Made by a program: the position numbers and the translations under genes
The notes under the pieces: model-generated
Databases searched by the model: none
Told to the model about the DNA's origin: nothing
The model's input: only the letters and a program-made list of their open reading frames with translations
Assembly: GCA_963741945.1 (NCBI GenBank)
Contig: CAVUKA010000003.1
Coordinates: 1-64,000 of the forward strand
Reading direction: 5' to 3'
DNA length: 64,000 bases
From: an uncultured Gemmatimonadales bacterium
GTDB taxonomy: Bacteria; Gemmatimonadota; Gemmatimonadetes; Longimicrobiales; RSA9
Shown here: positions 8,445-18,905 of the stretch, piece after piece
Layout of the letters: the number at the start of each line of letters is the position of its first letter
How positions within the stretch are numbered: the first letter of the stretch is position 1

Positions 8445-9668
8445 TCAGTCGTCATCCGGCGCCGGGAACCGGCCGGCCGCCCAGGTCGCGCTGACGCCGT
8501 GGGCCGCGACGGACGCGGCGATGATCAGGCTGGTGACGTTCCAGAGTCCGGACGCGCCGAGCCGGCGGGTCGCCATGAACGTGTAGTAGATGGAAGCCAC
8601 GCCCATCGGTCCGAACCAGCCCACGAAGAGCATCTGGGGGAACGTGCGGAGACGGGGCATGGCGGAAGCGAGGGCGAACGTCGCCGGCAGCCGGCGAAGC
8701 ACGAGGACGGCCGCGGCGAACGCGGGGGCCTTCCAGCCCAAGCCGACCCAGGCGCCGAACGGCAGGGTGGCGCCCAGGACGATGAATACGGGCGTGGTGA
8801 AGAAACGCGTGACCGCTTCCTGGACGCGCTTCTTCGATTCGTCGGGCTGCGAGACCTGGCGGTCGAACACGAGGCCACCGGCGAAGACGGCCAGGATGTC
8901 GTCACTGCCGATGAGCTTGGCGGCGCCGAGAATGACGAGGGCGAGGGCGAGGCTGTACATCAGGATGGTGGGCGGGTCCATGGTCTCGCTGCTCTCCGCC
9001 CACTGCCAGGCGCGGCCGGCCAGGTAGCCGAGGAGCGCGCCCATGGCCACTGCGGCACCCACCTCCCAGACCACCACGCGCACGAGCCACTCGTAGGGCA
9101 CCGCGCCCACGCCATCCTGAATGATGACGATGGAGAGGAGCACGAACGGAAGCCCGAGCCCGTCGTTGAGCGCGGACTCCGCCGAGAGCGTGTGGCGCAC
9201 ATCCTCCGGGACCCGCTCCCTGGCCACGTGGCCCGTGACGATGGCGGAGGCGATGACGGGGTCGGTGGGGGCGAGGATCGCGCCCACCAGCGCCGCAGTC
9301 CAGAACGGCAGGCCGAGGATCCACCAGCCGAGCAGCGCGGTGACGCCCCAGGCGAGCGGCATCACGCCTCCCAGGAGAAGGATCAGCGGGCGCTTGAGCG
9401 CGCGCATGGCCCCCGCCGGGAGACGCATGGCGATCTCGACCAGGCCGAACGCCAGCGTGAACCGCGCCACCTCCTCCAGGAGCAGGTCGTGGTGCACCCA
9501 GGTGTCCGGCGTGACCGCGCCGGTGACAGGGCCGAGCAGGATGCCGGCCACCATGGCCGTGAGCGGGCCTGCGACGAACGTGCGGGAGAAGACGGAAGCG
9601 AACAGTCCGATGAGGAGGACCGCGAGTCCTGCGAACGCCAGGATCTGGTTCAACTCGGTCAACGCCAC
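8445..9668 (-). CDS. CPA1/NhaP-family cation:proton antiporter
   Basis: Multi-TM; LAPTDPV, ESALNDG and GWFGPMG motifs. Confidence 0.92.
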   Translation of the reverse strand: MALTELNQILAFAGLAVLLIGLFASVFSRTFVAGPLTAMVAGILLGPVTGAVTPDTWVHHDLLLEEVARFTLAFGLVEIAMRLPAGAMRALKRPLILLLGGVMPLAWGVTALLGWWILGLPFWTAALVGAILAPTDPVIASAIVTGHVARERVPEDVRHTLSAESALNDGLGLPFVLLSIVIIQDGVGAVPYEWLVRVVVWEVGAAVAMGALLGYLAGRAWQWAESSETMDPPTILMYSLALALVILGAAKLIGSDDILAVFAGGLVFDRQVSQPDESKKRVQEAVTRFFTTPVFIVLGATLPFGAWVGLGWKAPAFAAAVLVLRRLPATFALASAMPRLRTFPQMLFVGWFGPMGVASIYYTFMATRRLGASGLWNVTSLIIAASVAAHGVSATWAAGRFPAPDDD

Positions 9669-9755
9669 AGCTCCGTCGTGCGATCTCCGCCCACCCGCCC
9701 AGGGGCCGCGACGGTGTGCAAGGATTGGACGAGGGAGCCGGGACCGACGGACGAG

Positions 9756-10131
9756 CTACGTGGCGGCGAGAACCTCGTCGCGCTGGCGGGCCAGGCGGTC
9801 GACCATCCGGACGACATCCGCGAACACGGGCGGCTTGACGAACAAAGCCTCGTGCAGCCGCTCGGCGGTGGAGACCTCGACGGGCCCGCGCGGTCACCAC
9901 GACGAACGGGATCTCCGCCGTGGCGGGGTCATGGCGCAGCGCGTCGCAGAGGGTCGGGCCATGCGCCAGCCGCAGTGGATGCTCGCCCACGATGACGGAG
10001 GGGGAGGAGCGCCGGGCGAGCTCCAGAGCCGAGTCGGCGTCGGCTGCGGTCACGACTTCGTGGCCCGCGTCTCCCAGGAACAGGGAGAGGATCGTCCGCA
10101 TGTCGCGGTCGGGGTCGACGACGAGGATCAC
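9756..10131 (-). pseudogene. Single-domain atypical response regulator receiver, frameshifted near 9880
   Basis: VILVVDPDRDMR...HEVVTAADADSALELAR...LRHDPATAEIPFVVVTA, then LFVKPPVFADVV in a second frame. Confidence 0.7.
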
Positions 10132-10341
10132 CGTTGGTCTGCGCGGTGGGGGGAGCAAAAACCCCCGGAGGAGACCCTCCGGAGGCTGACATCGGCCGTG
10201 GACCCAAGATAGTCGCGCGGCCCGGGCCTCGCCAGATTCTTGTTTCCGGATGCGTCTGGCCCGCCGCTCGCGCGGAGCTCGCCCGTGGCGTATCGTTCGG
10301 TCCGGTCCCGCTCCGACACTACACACCCGGATCACGCGACG

Positions 10342-13300
10342 ATGCTCAATTCCGCGCCCAGAAGGCCCCTGTACCCGCGCTCCCGTTCCACGTCCCTGTC
10401 CCTCACCGCCGTGGCCATGGCCGCGCTGGCGGTGCTCCCGGCGGCCGCGCGTGCGCAGGCCCCGCTCGAGGCCGGTGCGATCCCCGCGGCGAGGGCGGAC
10501 TCGACGAAGGTCCTCACGGTGGACGCCTATGCCCGCTGGCGTACGATCGGGGACGAGAGCATCTCGCCCGATGGCCGGTGGGTCGCCTGGGTGTACCGCC
10601 ACACCAACGTGGCCGAGAAGGACGCGCGCCCGGAGCTCCACATCCTGGAGGTCGGAAGCGGCCGCGACACGGTGGTGGAGCGCGCGTCCGCCGGCGAGTT
10701 CTCGCCCGACGCGCACTGGATCGCGTACCGCGTGGACTCGCTGCAGGAGCGCACCGGCCGCGGACGCGGTGACGGCGCCGGCAACGCGGCGCAGGCGGGC
10801 GGCGAGGGTGCCGGTGCGGAGCGTGGCCGCGGCGGGCGCCCGGCGGTTCATCACAGGGTCGAGATCCGGGAGCTGGCCACGGGCCGCACGATGACCTGGC
10901 ACGACGTGCAGTCGGCCACGTTCTCGCGCGACGCCAGGTTCGCGCTCCTGCGCGACCGCCCTGCCCCCCGGCCGCGCCGGTTCGGCGGCGGAGGGGGATT
11001 CGGCGGCGGCGGGGGTGACGAGCCCCCGAAGCACGGCTCCGACGTCGTCCTGGTGGAGCTGGCGACGGGGCGGAGCCAGCTGCTCGGGAGCGTGGGCGAC
11101 GCCGCCTTCAACCGCGCCGGCACCATGCTCGCCTACACGGTGAACGCGGAGAAGGCGGACGCGAACGGGCTCTTCGTGGTGGAGCTGGAGAGCGGCGTCA
11201 CGCGCGCGCTGGACAACGCGCCCAGGATCTACTCCCGTCTGGCGTGGAGCGACGCGGGCACGGGCGTGGCCGTGCTGAAGGGCCAGGAGGTCCCGGAGAT
11301 GCTGCACCGGGACAACGTGCTCCTGGTGGTGCCGGACGTCCGCGCGGCCATGGCGAGCCCAGGGCTCGCGCACGCCACCCTCGACACCGCGGCCGCAGGG
11401 TTCCCGGAAGGGTGGGTGATCAGCGACGGTGCGACGCTGTCCTGGAGCGCGGACGGCGCCCGCGTCTTCTTCGGCGGCACGCCGCAGCTCCCGGCGTCCG
11501 ACACGGCCAAGGTGGAGAGCAGCGACTCCACCGCCGACGTGGACGTGTGGAGCACGGGCGACCGCTACATCCAGTCCGTCCAGATGGCGCGCGTGCGCCG
11601 CGACCGGGAGCCCTCGTACACGGAGGCGTTCGACGTCGGACGGCGCGCCTACATCGCGCTGAGCGACTCCACCCTGCGCGATCTCGAAGTCGCGGCGGAC
11701 GGGCGCTGGGCCATCGGGCAGGATCCGCGGCCGTACATCTCCGACTGGAAGCCCGCTACCGCCGATTTCTACCGCGTCGACACGCGCACGGGCAAGCGCA
11801 CGCTCATGTTCCGGGACCAGCTCACGCGCGGCGGCGCGTACGGGATCTCCCCGGACGGCCGCACGCTCCTGTACTGGAAGGATGGTGCGTTCCACGCCTA
11901 CCACCTGGACACCGGCGCGACCACGAAGCTCGGCGCCGGGGCGCCGAGCTTCATGGACACCACGTACGACCATCCGGGGCCGAGGCCGGCATGGGGCGTA
12001 TCGGGCTACGCGGCGGATGGACGGAGCGTCATCGTCGAAGACCGCTATGACCTTTGGGCGCTGCCTCTGGATGGCGGTCGGGCCACGAACCTCACCGGCG
12101 GCTTCGGCGCGAAGAACGGGGTGATCCTCCGGCTCGTGCGCCCGGCACCCATCGACTCCATGGCCAGCCGGGCCATGCGGACGGGCCAGCTGTGGGACCT
12201 GTCGCGGCCGCTCACGCTTTCCGCGTTCGGCGAGCGGACGAAGAAGGCCGGCTTCTACCGGCTGGCCGGCGGTCGGCTCCACGAAGTCGTCTACGACGAC
12301 GCGCAGTACGCCACGCCCACGCGGGCGGCCCGCGCCGACCGTTTCCTGTTCACGCGCGAGACCTTCACGGAAGCGCCGGACTTGCGGGTCTCCGGCCCGG
12401 ACTTCGCCAGCGCCGAGCGGATCACCGACTCGAACCCGCAGCAGGCGGAGTACCGGTGGGGCCACAGCCGGCTCTTCGACTTCGTCGACCGCTACGGGCA
12501 TCCGCTGCAGGGCATGCTCTGGCTCCCCGACGACTACCGGCAGGGCGAGAAGCGGCCGATGCTGGTGACGTTCTACGAGAAGAACTCGCAGAACCTGAAC
12601 CGCTACCCGATGCCCGAGCTGTTCGTGAGCATGGGGCGGCCGGCCATCGAGGCCGTGAGCCGCGGCTACATCGTCATGCTCCCCGACATCTACTACAACA
12701 CCGGCACGTCGCACGAAGACCAGCGCGACGGCGTGGAGGCGGCCACGCGCAAGGTCATCGAGATGGGCTACGCCGACCCGGCGCGGATCGGGCTCCACGG
12801 CCACAGCTACGGCGGCGAGGGCGCGGCCTACATCGGCACCCGCTCCAAGCTCTTCGCCGCGGTCGGCGAGGGGGCGGGCGTCACCGACCTGTACACCGAC
12901 TTCAGCCAGGGGTGGGGCTGGTCCTACCAGAACGCCGGCGGCTCCGGCGCCAACGGGAACCAGTACTACGTCTACGGCCAGGGCCGCTGGGGCGCCTCGC
13001 CGTGGGAGAAGCCCGATGTCTACCGCGAGCAGTCCGCGCTCTCCCACGTCCCGGAGACCGCGCAGCCGTTCCTCATCATGCACGGCACCGCCGACCCCAC
13101 CGTATCGTTCAACGAGAGCCTCAAGTTCTACAACGCCCTCCGCTTCAACGGGAAAACGGCGTTCCTGCTGGCGTATCCGGGCGAGGGGCACCACCTGGAC
13201 GAGCTCGGCAACCGGAAGGACTTCACCACCCGCTTCTTCCAGTTCTTCGACCACTACCTCGAGGGCGACCCGGCGCCCGCGTGGATGACGGAGGGCGTGC

Positions 13301-13350
13301 CCCAGGTGCGGAAGGCCACGCTCCTCGACCCGGGGCCGGACCGGCCGTAG
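10342..13350 (+). CDS. Secreted S9-family (prolyl oligopeptidase-like) peptidase
   Basis: Signal peptide, SPDG beta-propeller repeats, GHSYGG nucleophile, HGTADPTV, GEGHH. Confidence 0.92.
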   Translation: MLNSAPRRPLYPRSRSTSLSLTAVAMAALAVLPAAARAQAPLEAGAIPAARADSTKVLTVDAYARWRTIGDESISPDGRWVAWVYRHTNVAEKDARPELHILEVGSGRDTVVERASAGEFSPDAHWIAYRVDSLQERTGRGRGDGAGNAAQAGGEGAGAERGRGGRPAVHHRVEIRELATGRTMTWHDVQSATFSRDARFALLRDRPAPRPRRFGGGGGFGGGGGDEPPKHGSDVVLVELATGRSQLLGSVGDAAFNRAGTMLAYTVNAEKADANGLFVVELESGVTRALDNAPRIYSRLAWSDAGTGVAVLKGQEVPEMLHRDNVLLVVPDVRAAMASPGLAHATLDTAAAGFPEGWVISDGATLSWSADGARVFFGGTPQLPASDTAKVESSDSTADVDVWSTGDRYIQSVQMARVRRDREPSYTEAFDVGRRAYIALSDSTLRDLEVAADGRWAIGQDPRPYISDWKPATADFYRVDTRTGKRTLMFRDQLTRGGAYGISPDGRTLLYWKDGAFHAYHLDTGATTKLGAGAPSFMDTTYDHPGPRPAWGVSGYAADGRSVIVEDRYDLWALPLDGGRATNLTGGFGAKNGVILRLVRPAPIDSMASRAMRTGQLWDLSRPLTLSAFGERTKKAGFYRLAGGRLHEVVYDDAQYATPTRAARADRFLFTRETFTEAPDLRVSGPDFASAERITDSNPQQAEYRWGHSRLFDFVDRYGHPLQGMLWLPDDYRQGEKRPMLVTFYEKNSQNLNRYPMPELFVSMGRPAIEAVSRGYIVMLPDIYYNTGTSHEDQRDGVEAATRKVIEMGYADPARIGLHGHSYGGEGAAYIGTRSKLFAAVGEGAGVTDLYTDFSQGWGWSYQNAGGSGANGNQYYVYGQGRWGASPWEKPDVYREQSALSHVPETAQPFLIMHGTADPTVSFNESLKFYNALRFNGKTAFLLAYPGEGHHLDELGNRKDFTTRFFQFFDHYLEGDPAPAWMTEGVPQVRKATLLDPGPDRP

Positions 13351-13462
13351 GGGCGGGGGGCTACGGTCGTTTTGACGCCCGACCCCTCGGCTTGCTGCCG
13401 GCCGGCCGCCGCCCGACATTGGGCGGACGCCCCTCGATCACTCCGACTCCAGAGAGCCCACC

Positions 13463-15550
13463 ATGCCGATGAAGGCCGTCTTCCAGGCCGTCGCCTCACT
13501 CGCGAACGGCCGGCCCCGCGCTGCCCTGACCGCCAACGTTCTCGCCGCCCTCCGCGCGGCTGTGACCGCAGCCGTGGCCGCAGCCGCCCTCGTGGCCGGG
13601 CCCGCAGGAGCCGGCTCCGCGCCGGCCGGGGCACAGCAGGGCGGCCTGCCGAGCGAGACGCCGGCGCGCTTCACGCCCGTAACCTCCAGCTTCGACTACG
13701 AGCGCCGCGACGTGATGATCCCGATGCGGGACGGCGTGAAGCTGCACACGGTCATCCTGGTGCCGAAGGGGGCAACGCACGCGCCGATCCTGCTCACGCG
13801 CACGCCGTACGACGCCACGGGGCTCACGAGCCACGCGGCCAGCCCGCACCTGGGGCCGATCCTCCAGGGGTACGACAACGCCACGGACGTGATCGTGGAC
13901 GGCGGCTACATCCGCGTGGTGCAGGACGTCCGGGGGAAGTACGGCTCGGAAGGCGACTACGTGATGAACCGCCCGCTCGTCGGCCCGCTCAACCCGACGG
14001 CCGTGGACCACTCGACGGACACGTGGGACACCATCGAGTGGCTGATCCACAACGTGCCGGAGACGAACGGGCGCGTGGGGATCCTGGGCATCTCGTACGA
14101 CGGCTTCCTGCCGCTCATGGCGCTGGTTAACCCGCACCCGGCATTGAAAGTGGCCGTGCCAATGAACCCGATGGTGGACGGCTGGCGAGGCGATGACTGG
14201 TTCCACAACGGCGCCTTCCGTCAGCAGATGATGCCGTACGTGTACGAGCAGGAGGCGTCGCGCGCGAACGAGTTCGCCTGGTGGAGCGGCCACTACGACG
14301 ACTACGACCAGTACATGGAGGCGGGCTCCGCGGGCGAGCTGGCACGCCGGCACGGGCTGGAGCAGGTGGGCTTCTGGCGCAACCTCGTCGCACACCCGGC
14401 GTACGACGCCTGGTGGCAGCGGCAGGCCATGGACAGCATCGTGGCCGCGCAGCCGCTCCGGGTGCCGGTGCTGCTGGTGCACAGCCTCTGGGACCAGGAG
14501 GACATCTACGGCGCCCCGGCCGTGTACGACGACCTCGAGCAGAACGACTCGGCCAACGACATGGTCTTCCTCGTCATGGGGCCGTGGCACCACGGCGGGG
14601 AGATCGGCGACGGGAGCACCCTCGGCGCGCTCCGCTTCGGCAGCGACACGGGGCTCTTCTTCCGCCAGCACGTCCTCGCGCCGTTCCTCGCCCGCTACCT
14701 GAAAGACGATGCGGGGGGCGCGAGGTCCGCGGCGGCGGCAGCCGGCGGCGGCATCGGCGCCGATCCGGCGGCCCCACCGATCGCACCGGTGACGGCGTTC
14801 ATCACGGGCGAGAACCGGTGGGAGCGGCTGCCCGCGTGGCCGGCCGGGTGCGCCTCCGGGTGCGACGTCCGGCCCACGCCGCTCTACCTGGAGCCGGCCC
14901 TCGCGCTCGGCTTCGCCCCGCCCGCGAAGGGCGCGAGCCGGTACGACGAGTACGTCAGCGACCCGGCGAAGCCGGTCCCCTACCAGCCGCGCCCGAACCG
15001 TCCGGCCAGCGGCGACATCTGGCGGAACTGGCTGGTCACGGACCAGCGGCCGGCGTCCGGGCGGCCCGACGTGCTGACGTACGTGTCCGACGTCCTGACG
15101 GAGCCCGTGCGGATCGCCGGGCGGCCGGTGGCCGACCTGGTGGCGTCCACGAGCGGGACGGACTCGGACTGGGTGGTCAAGCTCATCGACGTGTACCCGG
15201 ACGAAGTGGCCGCGCAGCCGGAGATGGGCGGGTACCAGCTCATGGTGGCTGGCGACATCTTCCGCGGCCGCTACCGCGAGAGCCTCTCGGAGCCGAAGCC
15301 GATCGAGCCGGGGAAGCCGCTCACGTACCGCTTCGCGCTCCCCACCGCCAACCACGTGTTCCGGCCCGGGCACCGGATCATGGTGCAGGTGCAGTCCAGC
15401 TGGTTCCCGCTCTACGACCGGAACCCGCAGACGTTCGTCGAGAGCATCTTCTTCGCGGAGCCCGGCGACTACGTGAAGGCCACGCAGCGGGTGTGGCACG
15501 CCCCCGGCCACGCCAGCTTCGTCGAGCTGCCGCTGGTGGTCGCGCCGTAG
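13463..15550 (+). CDS. CocE/NonD-family hydrolase (alpha-amino-acid ester hydrolase / glutaryl-7-ACA acylase-like)
   Basis: IPMRDGVKL, RTPY, QDVRGKYGSEG, GISYDG, GPWHHG, SSWFPLYDRNPQ. Confidence 0.93.
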   Translation: MPMKAVFQAVASLANGRPRAALTANVLAALRAAVTAAVAAAALVAGPAGAGSAPAGAQQGGLPSETPARFTPVTSSFDYERRDVMIPMRDGVKLHTVILVPKGATHAPILLTRTPYDATGLTSHAASPHLGPILQGYDNATDVIVDGGYIRVVQDVRGKYGSEGDYVMNRPLVGPLNPTAVDHSTDTWDTIEWLIHNVPETNGRVGILGISYDGFLPLMALVNPHPALKVAVPMNPMVDGWRGDDWFHNGAFRQQMMPYVYEQEASRANEFAWWSGHYDDYDQYMEAGSAGELARRHGLEQVGFWRNLVAHPAYDAWWQRQAMDSIVAAQPLRVPVLLVHSLWDQEDIYGAPAVYDDLEQNDSANDMVFLVMGPWHHGGEIGDGSTLGALRFGSDTGLFFRQHVLAPFLARYLKDDAGGARSAAAAAGGGIGADPAAPPIAPVTAFITGENRWERLPAWPAGCASGCDVRPTPLYLEPALALGFAPPAKGASRYDEYVSDPAKPVPYQPRPNRPASGDIWRNWLVTDQRPASGRPDVLTYVSDVLTEPVRIAGRPVADLVASTSGTDSDWVVKLIDVYPDEVAAQPEMGGYQLMVAGDIFRGRYRESLSEPKPIEPGKPLTYRFALPTANHVFRPGHRIMVQVQSSWFPLYDRNPQTFVESIFFAEPGDYVKATQRVWHAPGHASFVELPLVVAP

Positions 15551-15673
15551 CGCCGCGCGGGGGCGGCGGGCCCGGGGGCGGGGGCCCGGCGCCCGGGCCG
15601 GGAGACGGGCGTTGCCGTCCGGGCGGGCCGCCGCCCACCCGGGTGGCCCGCCCACCGGGACCACCCACCCCGG

Positions 15674-18600
15674 TCAGTCCAGCGGCCGCGGATCCGGCTT
15701 GACGGTGAACGTCCGCTCGTAGCGCTTCCCGTTCACCGTCAGCCGCGCGGTGAACTCGGCGGGGAGCGTCACCACCGGCTCCTGAGGGCCGCCGCGGCCG
15801 TATCCGCCGAAGCCGCGGGACCGGCCGGTATTGGGCTTCCAGACGGCCCGGTGCATGCCGGCCTTCGCCGAGAACGGCGCGGGCGGGCGGCGCCATATGA
15901 TGGCGGTGTTCGGAATGCCGTTGTCGTCTCCCCCGCCCCGCCGGCCCTGCCCCGGCGTCTCCTCGCTGGAGAAGGTGTGCAGGACCTGCCCCGCGTCGTC
16001 GCGGATCTCCAGGGTCACCGGCCCGGCGGCGTCCTCCCGCAGCCAGTAGTCGATGTACGCGCCGTCGGGCGGGTTCTCGGCCTGCGGCTCGTCCTGCTGC
16101 ATGCGCATGCCGTTGTCGCCGCCCTGGTCGTAGTCGATGGCCATGGCGGGCTGGAAGAGGAACGCGTCGGCCTGCGCGATGGCGGCGTCGGCCTGGCGCA
16201 GCGGGCCGATGTCGTCGATGACCCAGAAGCCGCGGCCGTGGGTGCCCACGATCAGGTCGCCGTCGTAGACCTGGAAGTCGCGGACAGAGGTGGCGGGCAG
16301 GTCGAGCTGGAGCGGCTGCCAGTGGTCGCCCTCATCGAAGGAGACGAACGCGCCGCGCTCGGTGCCGGCGAAGAGCAGTCCCCGCCGCTCCGGGTCCTCC
16401 TTCACCACGTGGACGTAGACGCCGGCGGGCAGCCCGTCGGTGATGGGCTGCCAGCTCTTGCCCATGTCCCGCGTGCGGTAGATGTACGGCTCGAAGTCCT
16501 CGAGCTGGTGCCGGTCCACGCTGGCGAGCGCGGTGGCCTCGTCGAAGTGCGACGCCTCGATCATGGTGACGCGGCTCCACGGCGTCAGCGCCTCGGGGGT
16601 CACGTCGTGCCAGCTGTCGCCATCGTCGGGGGTGACCTGGATCACGCCGTCGTCGGTGCCGATCCAGAGCAGCGGCGCGCGCAGCGGCGAGGGGGCGATG
16701 GTGTAGACCACGCCTCGCCTGTCGTTCCCCACCTGGTCCGCGGCGGCCTTGTCCAGGTTCTCCGGGATCCCTGGGTTCGGCCGCGTCAGGTCGGGGCTGA
16801 TCTGCGTCCACGTCCGCGCGCCGTCGCTCGACTTGAACACGAACTGGCTGGCGTAGTAGAGCGCGCGGGGATCCGCGGGCGAGAGCACCAGCGGCTGCGT
16901 CCAGTCGCGCCGTGCCGGCTCCTTCGATTCCGGCGAGCTCGTGCCGGGGATGAACCGGTTCTGCGCCAGGTCGAAGCGGGTGCCCGCGCCGCCGTAGACG
17001 ACGCCGGGGTGGAGCGGGTCGCCGGCCGTGTAGCCGCTCTCGCCGCCCGCGCCCACCGGCTCCCAGTCGCGTTCGGAGATCTCGCCGAACTTGCCGCGGG
17101 AGCGCACGGCCACGGCGCCGCTGTCCTGCTGCGCGCCCGTGACCCAGTAGGGGAACCGGTAGTCCACGGAGAGGTGATAGATCTGCGCCGTGGGCTGGTT
17201 GTACCAGGAGCTCCAGTCCACCTTGGCCGGGTCATCCTTGGCGTTCCGCGTGATGGCGGTGCCCTGGTCGCTGGAAGTGATGAGCGTGTTCGGGTCGTCG
17301 GGCGAGATCCACGCCTGGTGGTAGTCGTCGCCGCCCGGCGAGCCCTTGAGCGGCAGCCAGCTGTGCCCGCCATCGTCGCTGCGATAGAGCGAGACGTTGC
17401 CCACGTAGACCACGTCGGCGTCCGTGGGGTCCACCACCACGTGCTCGAAGTACCAGCCGCGACCCCAGAGGGCCATGTCCGACGACAGCCGGGTCCACGT
17501 CTCGCCCGCGTCGTCGGAGCGGAAGAAGCCGCCCTGGAGCGGCACGGACGGGTTCGTCCCGTACGGGTTCGGCTCGGCGTCCGCCGGCGGCTTCGCGCCC
17601 GGCTCCGGCACCAGGCAGTCCACCAGCGCGTAGACGCGGCCCGGGTCGGTGGGCGCCACGGCGATGCCGGTGCGGCCGATCCCCTCCGCTGGCAGCCCGG
17701 CGGTCAGCGGCCGCCAGCTGTCGCCGCCGTCGATGGACTTCCAGATCCCGCCGCCCGGGCCGTTCGTGGGCGGGTAGACGAACCACGGCGGCCGGCGCGT
17801 GTTCCACAGCCCCGCGTAGACCACGTCCGGGTTCGTCGGGTCGATCACGACTTCCACGGCGCCCACGTCGGGACCGCGGTACAGCACCTTCTCCCAGCTC
17901 CGGCCGCCGTCCTTCGAGCGGAACACGCCGCGCTGCTCGTTCCCGCCGTAGTAGTGCCCGATGGCCGCCACGAACAGGGTGTCCGGGTCGGCGGGGTGCA
18001 CCGCCAGGCGGCCGATGTGCCGCGTGTCCTCCAGGCCCACGTGCGTCCAGCTGGCGCCGGCGTCCGTCGACCTGTACACGCCGTTCCCGTAGCCCGTGGA
18101 ATCCCGCAGCGTCGACTCGCCCGTCCCCACGTACAGCGTGTCCGGCGACGACGGCGCCACCGCCATGGCGCCGATGGACGCCACCGCCTGGTCATCGAAC
18201 ACCGGCCGCCAGACCCAGCCGCCATCGGTGGTCTTCCACACGCCGCCGTTCACGTGGCCGAAGTAGAACTCGTTCGGCCGCCCCGGCACGCCCGTGGCCG
18301 CGTCGCAGCGCCCGCCGCGGAACGGCCCTAGCATGCGCCAGCGCAGGCCGGAGAAGAGGCCTGCCGGCACCGGCCCGCTCGCCGCCGGCCAGAGCCCGCC
18401 CGCGCGGCCCGCCTCGCCGAGCCCCACCGCGTCCAGCACCGAGCCGGACAGCCCGCGCGGTCGCAGCAGGCCCACGAGACCGGGGGCCAGCAGCAGCGCG
18501 CCGCCCGCGTGACCGGCCCGCACGACGAAGTCGCGGCGAGTGACGGGGCGCGCGTCCCGCGCATCCCCGGGAATGGCCGAGCCGTCGCGGCCGGTGTGAA

Positions 18601-18679
18601 CGGCCGAGCCATCGGGGCCGGTGTGAATGGCCGAGCCGTCGCGGCCGGCGTTGCCGGCCTCGGTGTGCCTGCCTGACAC
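15674..18679 (-). CDS. Tat-exported VPS10/BNR (Asp-box) repeat glycosyl hydrolase-like protein
   Basis: GTG start after AGGAGG, TRRDFV twin-arginine motif, WRMLGPFRGGR, many S-x-D-x-G-x-(S/T)-W Asp-boxes. Confidence 0.88.
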   Translation of the reverse strand: MSGRHTEAGNAGRDGSAIHTGPDGSAVHTGRDGSAIPGDARDARPVTRRDFVVRAGHAGGALLLAPGLVGLLRPRGLSGSVLDAVGLGEAGRAGGLWPAASGPVPAGLFSGLRWRMLGPFRGGRCDAATGVPGRPNEFYFGHVNGGVWKTTDGGWVWRPVFDDQAVASIGAMAVAPSSPDTLYVGTGESTLRDSTGYGNGVYRSTDAGASWTHVGLEDTRHIGRLAVHPADPDTLFVAAIGHYYGGNEQRGVFRSKDGGRSWEKVLYRGPDVGAVEVVIDPTNPDVVYAGLWNTRRPPWFVYPPTNGPGGGIWKSIDGGDSWRPLTAGLPAEGIGRTGIAVAPTDPGRVYALVDCLVPEPGAKPPADAEPNPYGTNPSVPLQGGFFRSDDAGETWTRLSSDMALWGRGWYFEHVVVDPTDADVVYVGNVSLYRSDDGGHSWLPLKGSPGGDDYHQAWISPDDPNTLITSSDQGTAITRNAKDDPAKVDWSSWYNQPTAQIYHLSVDYRFPYWVTGAQQDSGAVAVRSRGKFGEISERDWEPVGAGGESGYTAGDPLHPGVVYGGAGTRFDLAQNRFIPGTSSPESKEPARRDWTQPLVLSPADPRALYYASQFVFKSSDGARTWTQISPDLTRPNPGIPENLDKAAADQVGNDRRGVVYTIAPSPLRAPLLWIGTDDGVIQVTPDDGDSWHDVTPEALTPWSRVTMIEASHFDEATALASVDRHQLEDFEPYIYRTRDMGKSWQPITDGLPAGVYVHVVKEDPERRGLLFAGTERGAFVSFDEGDHWQPLQLDLPATSVRDFQVYDGDLIVGTHGRGFWVIDDIGPLRQADAAIAQADAFLFQPAMAIDYDQGGDNGMRMQQDEPQAENPPDGAYIDYWLREDAAGPVTLEIRDDAGQVLHTFSSEETPGQGRRGGGDDNGIPNTAIIWRRPPAPFSAKAGMHRAVWKPNTGRSRGFGGYGRGGPQEPVVTLPAEFTARLTVNGKRYERTFTVKPDPRPLD
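18571..18651. repeat. Three 27-bp tandem repeats in the N-terminus of the VPS10 gene
   Basis: GAA(T/C)GGCCGAGCC(G/A)TCG(C/G)GGCCGG(T/C)GT at 18571, 18598 and 18625. Confidence 0.85.
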
Positions 18680-18905
18680 GAATCCCTCCTGCTGTGCTTG
18701 GACCGACGTGTTCCCGGGGGCCGAGAGGCGGGGTGCTCTTGGAGCGCCTCGCGGGTCGATCGGAAGATGGGGGCGGACCGGCGGTCGGGCCAGCGACGGC
18801 GCGTCGCCCGCCGGAGGGCGCTCCCCCTCCTCGCGCACAGCGACGCGCCCGCGTACTCTCCAGTGCGGCTCCGCCCGCACACACGAGACCCCGACCCGGA
18901 ACGCC

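Noticed and set aside
8902-13419. 1505-aa minus-strand ORF
   Set aside because: Antisense shadow of the S9 peptidase in high-GC DNA. Only the short receiver-like segment near 9.9-10.1 kb looks real.
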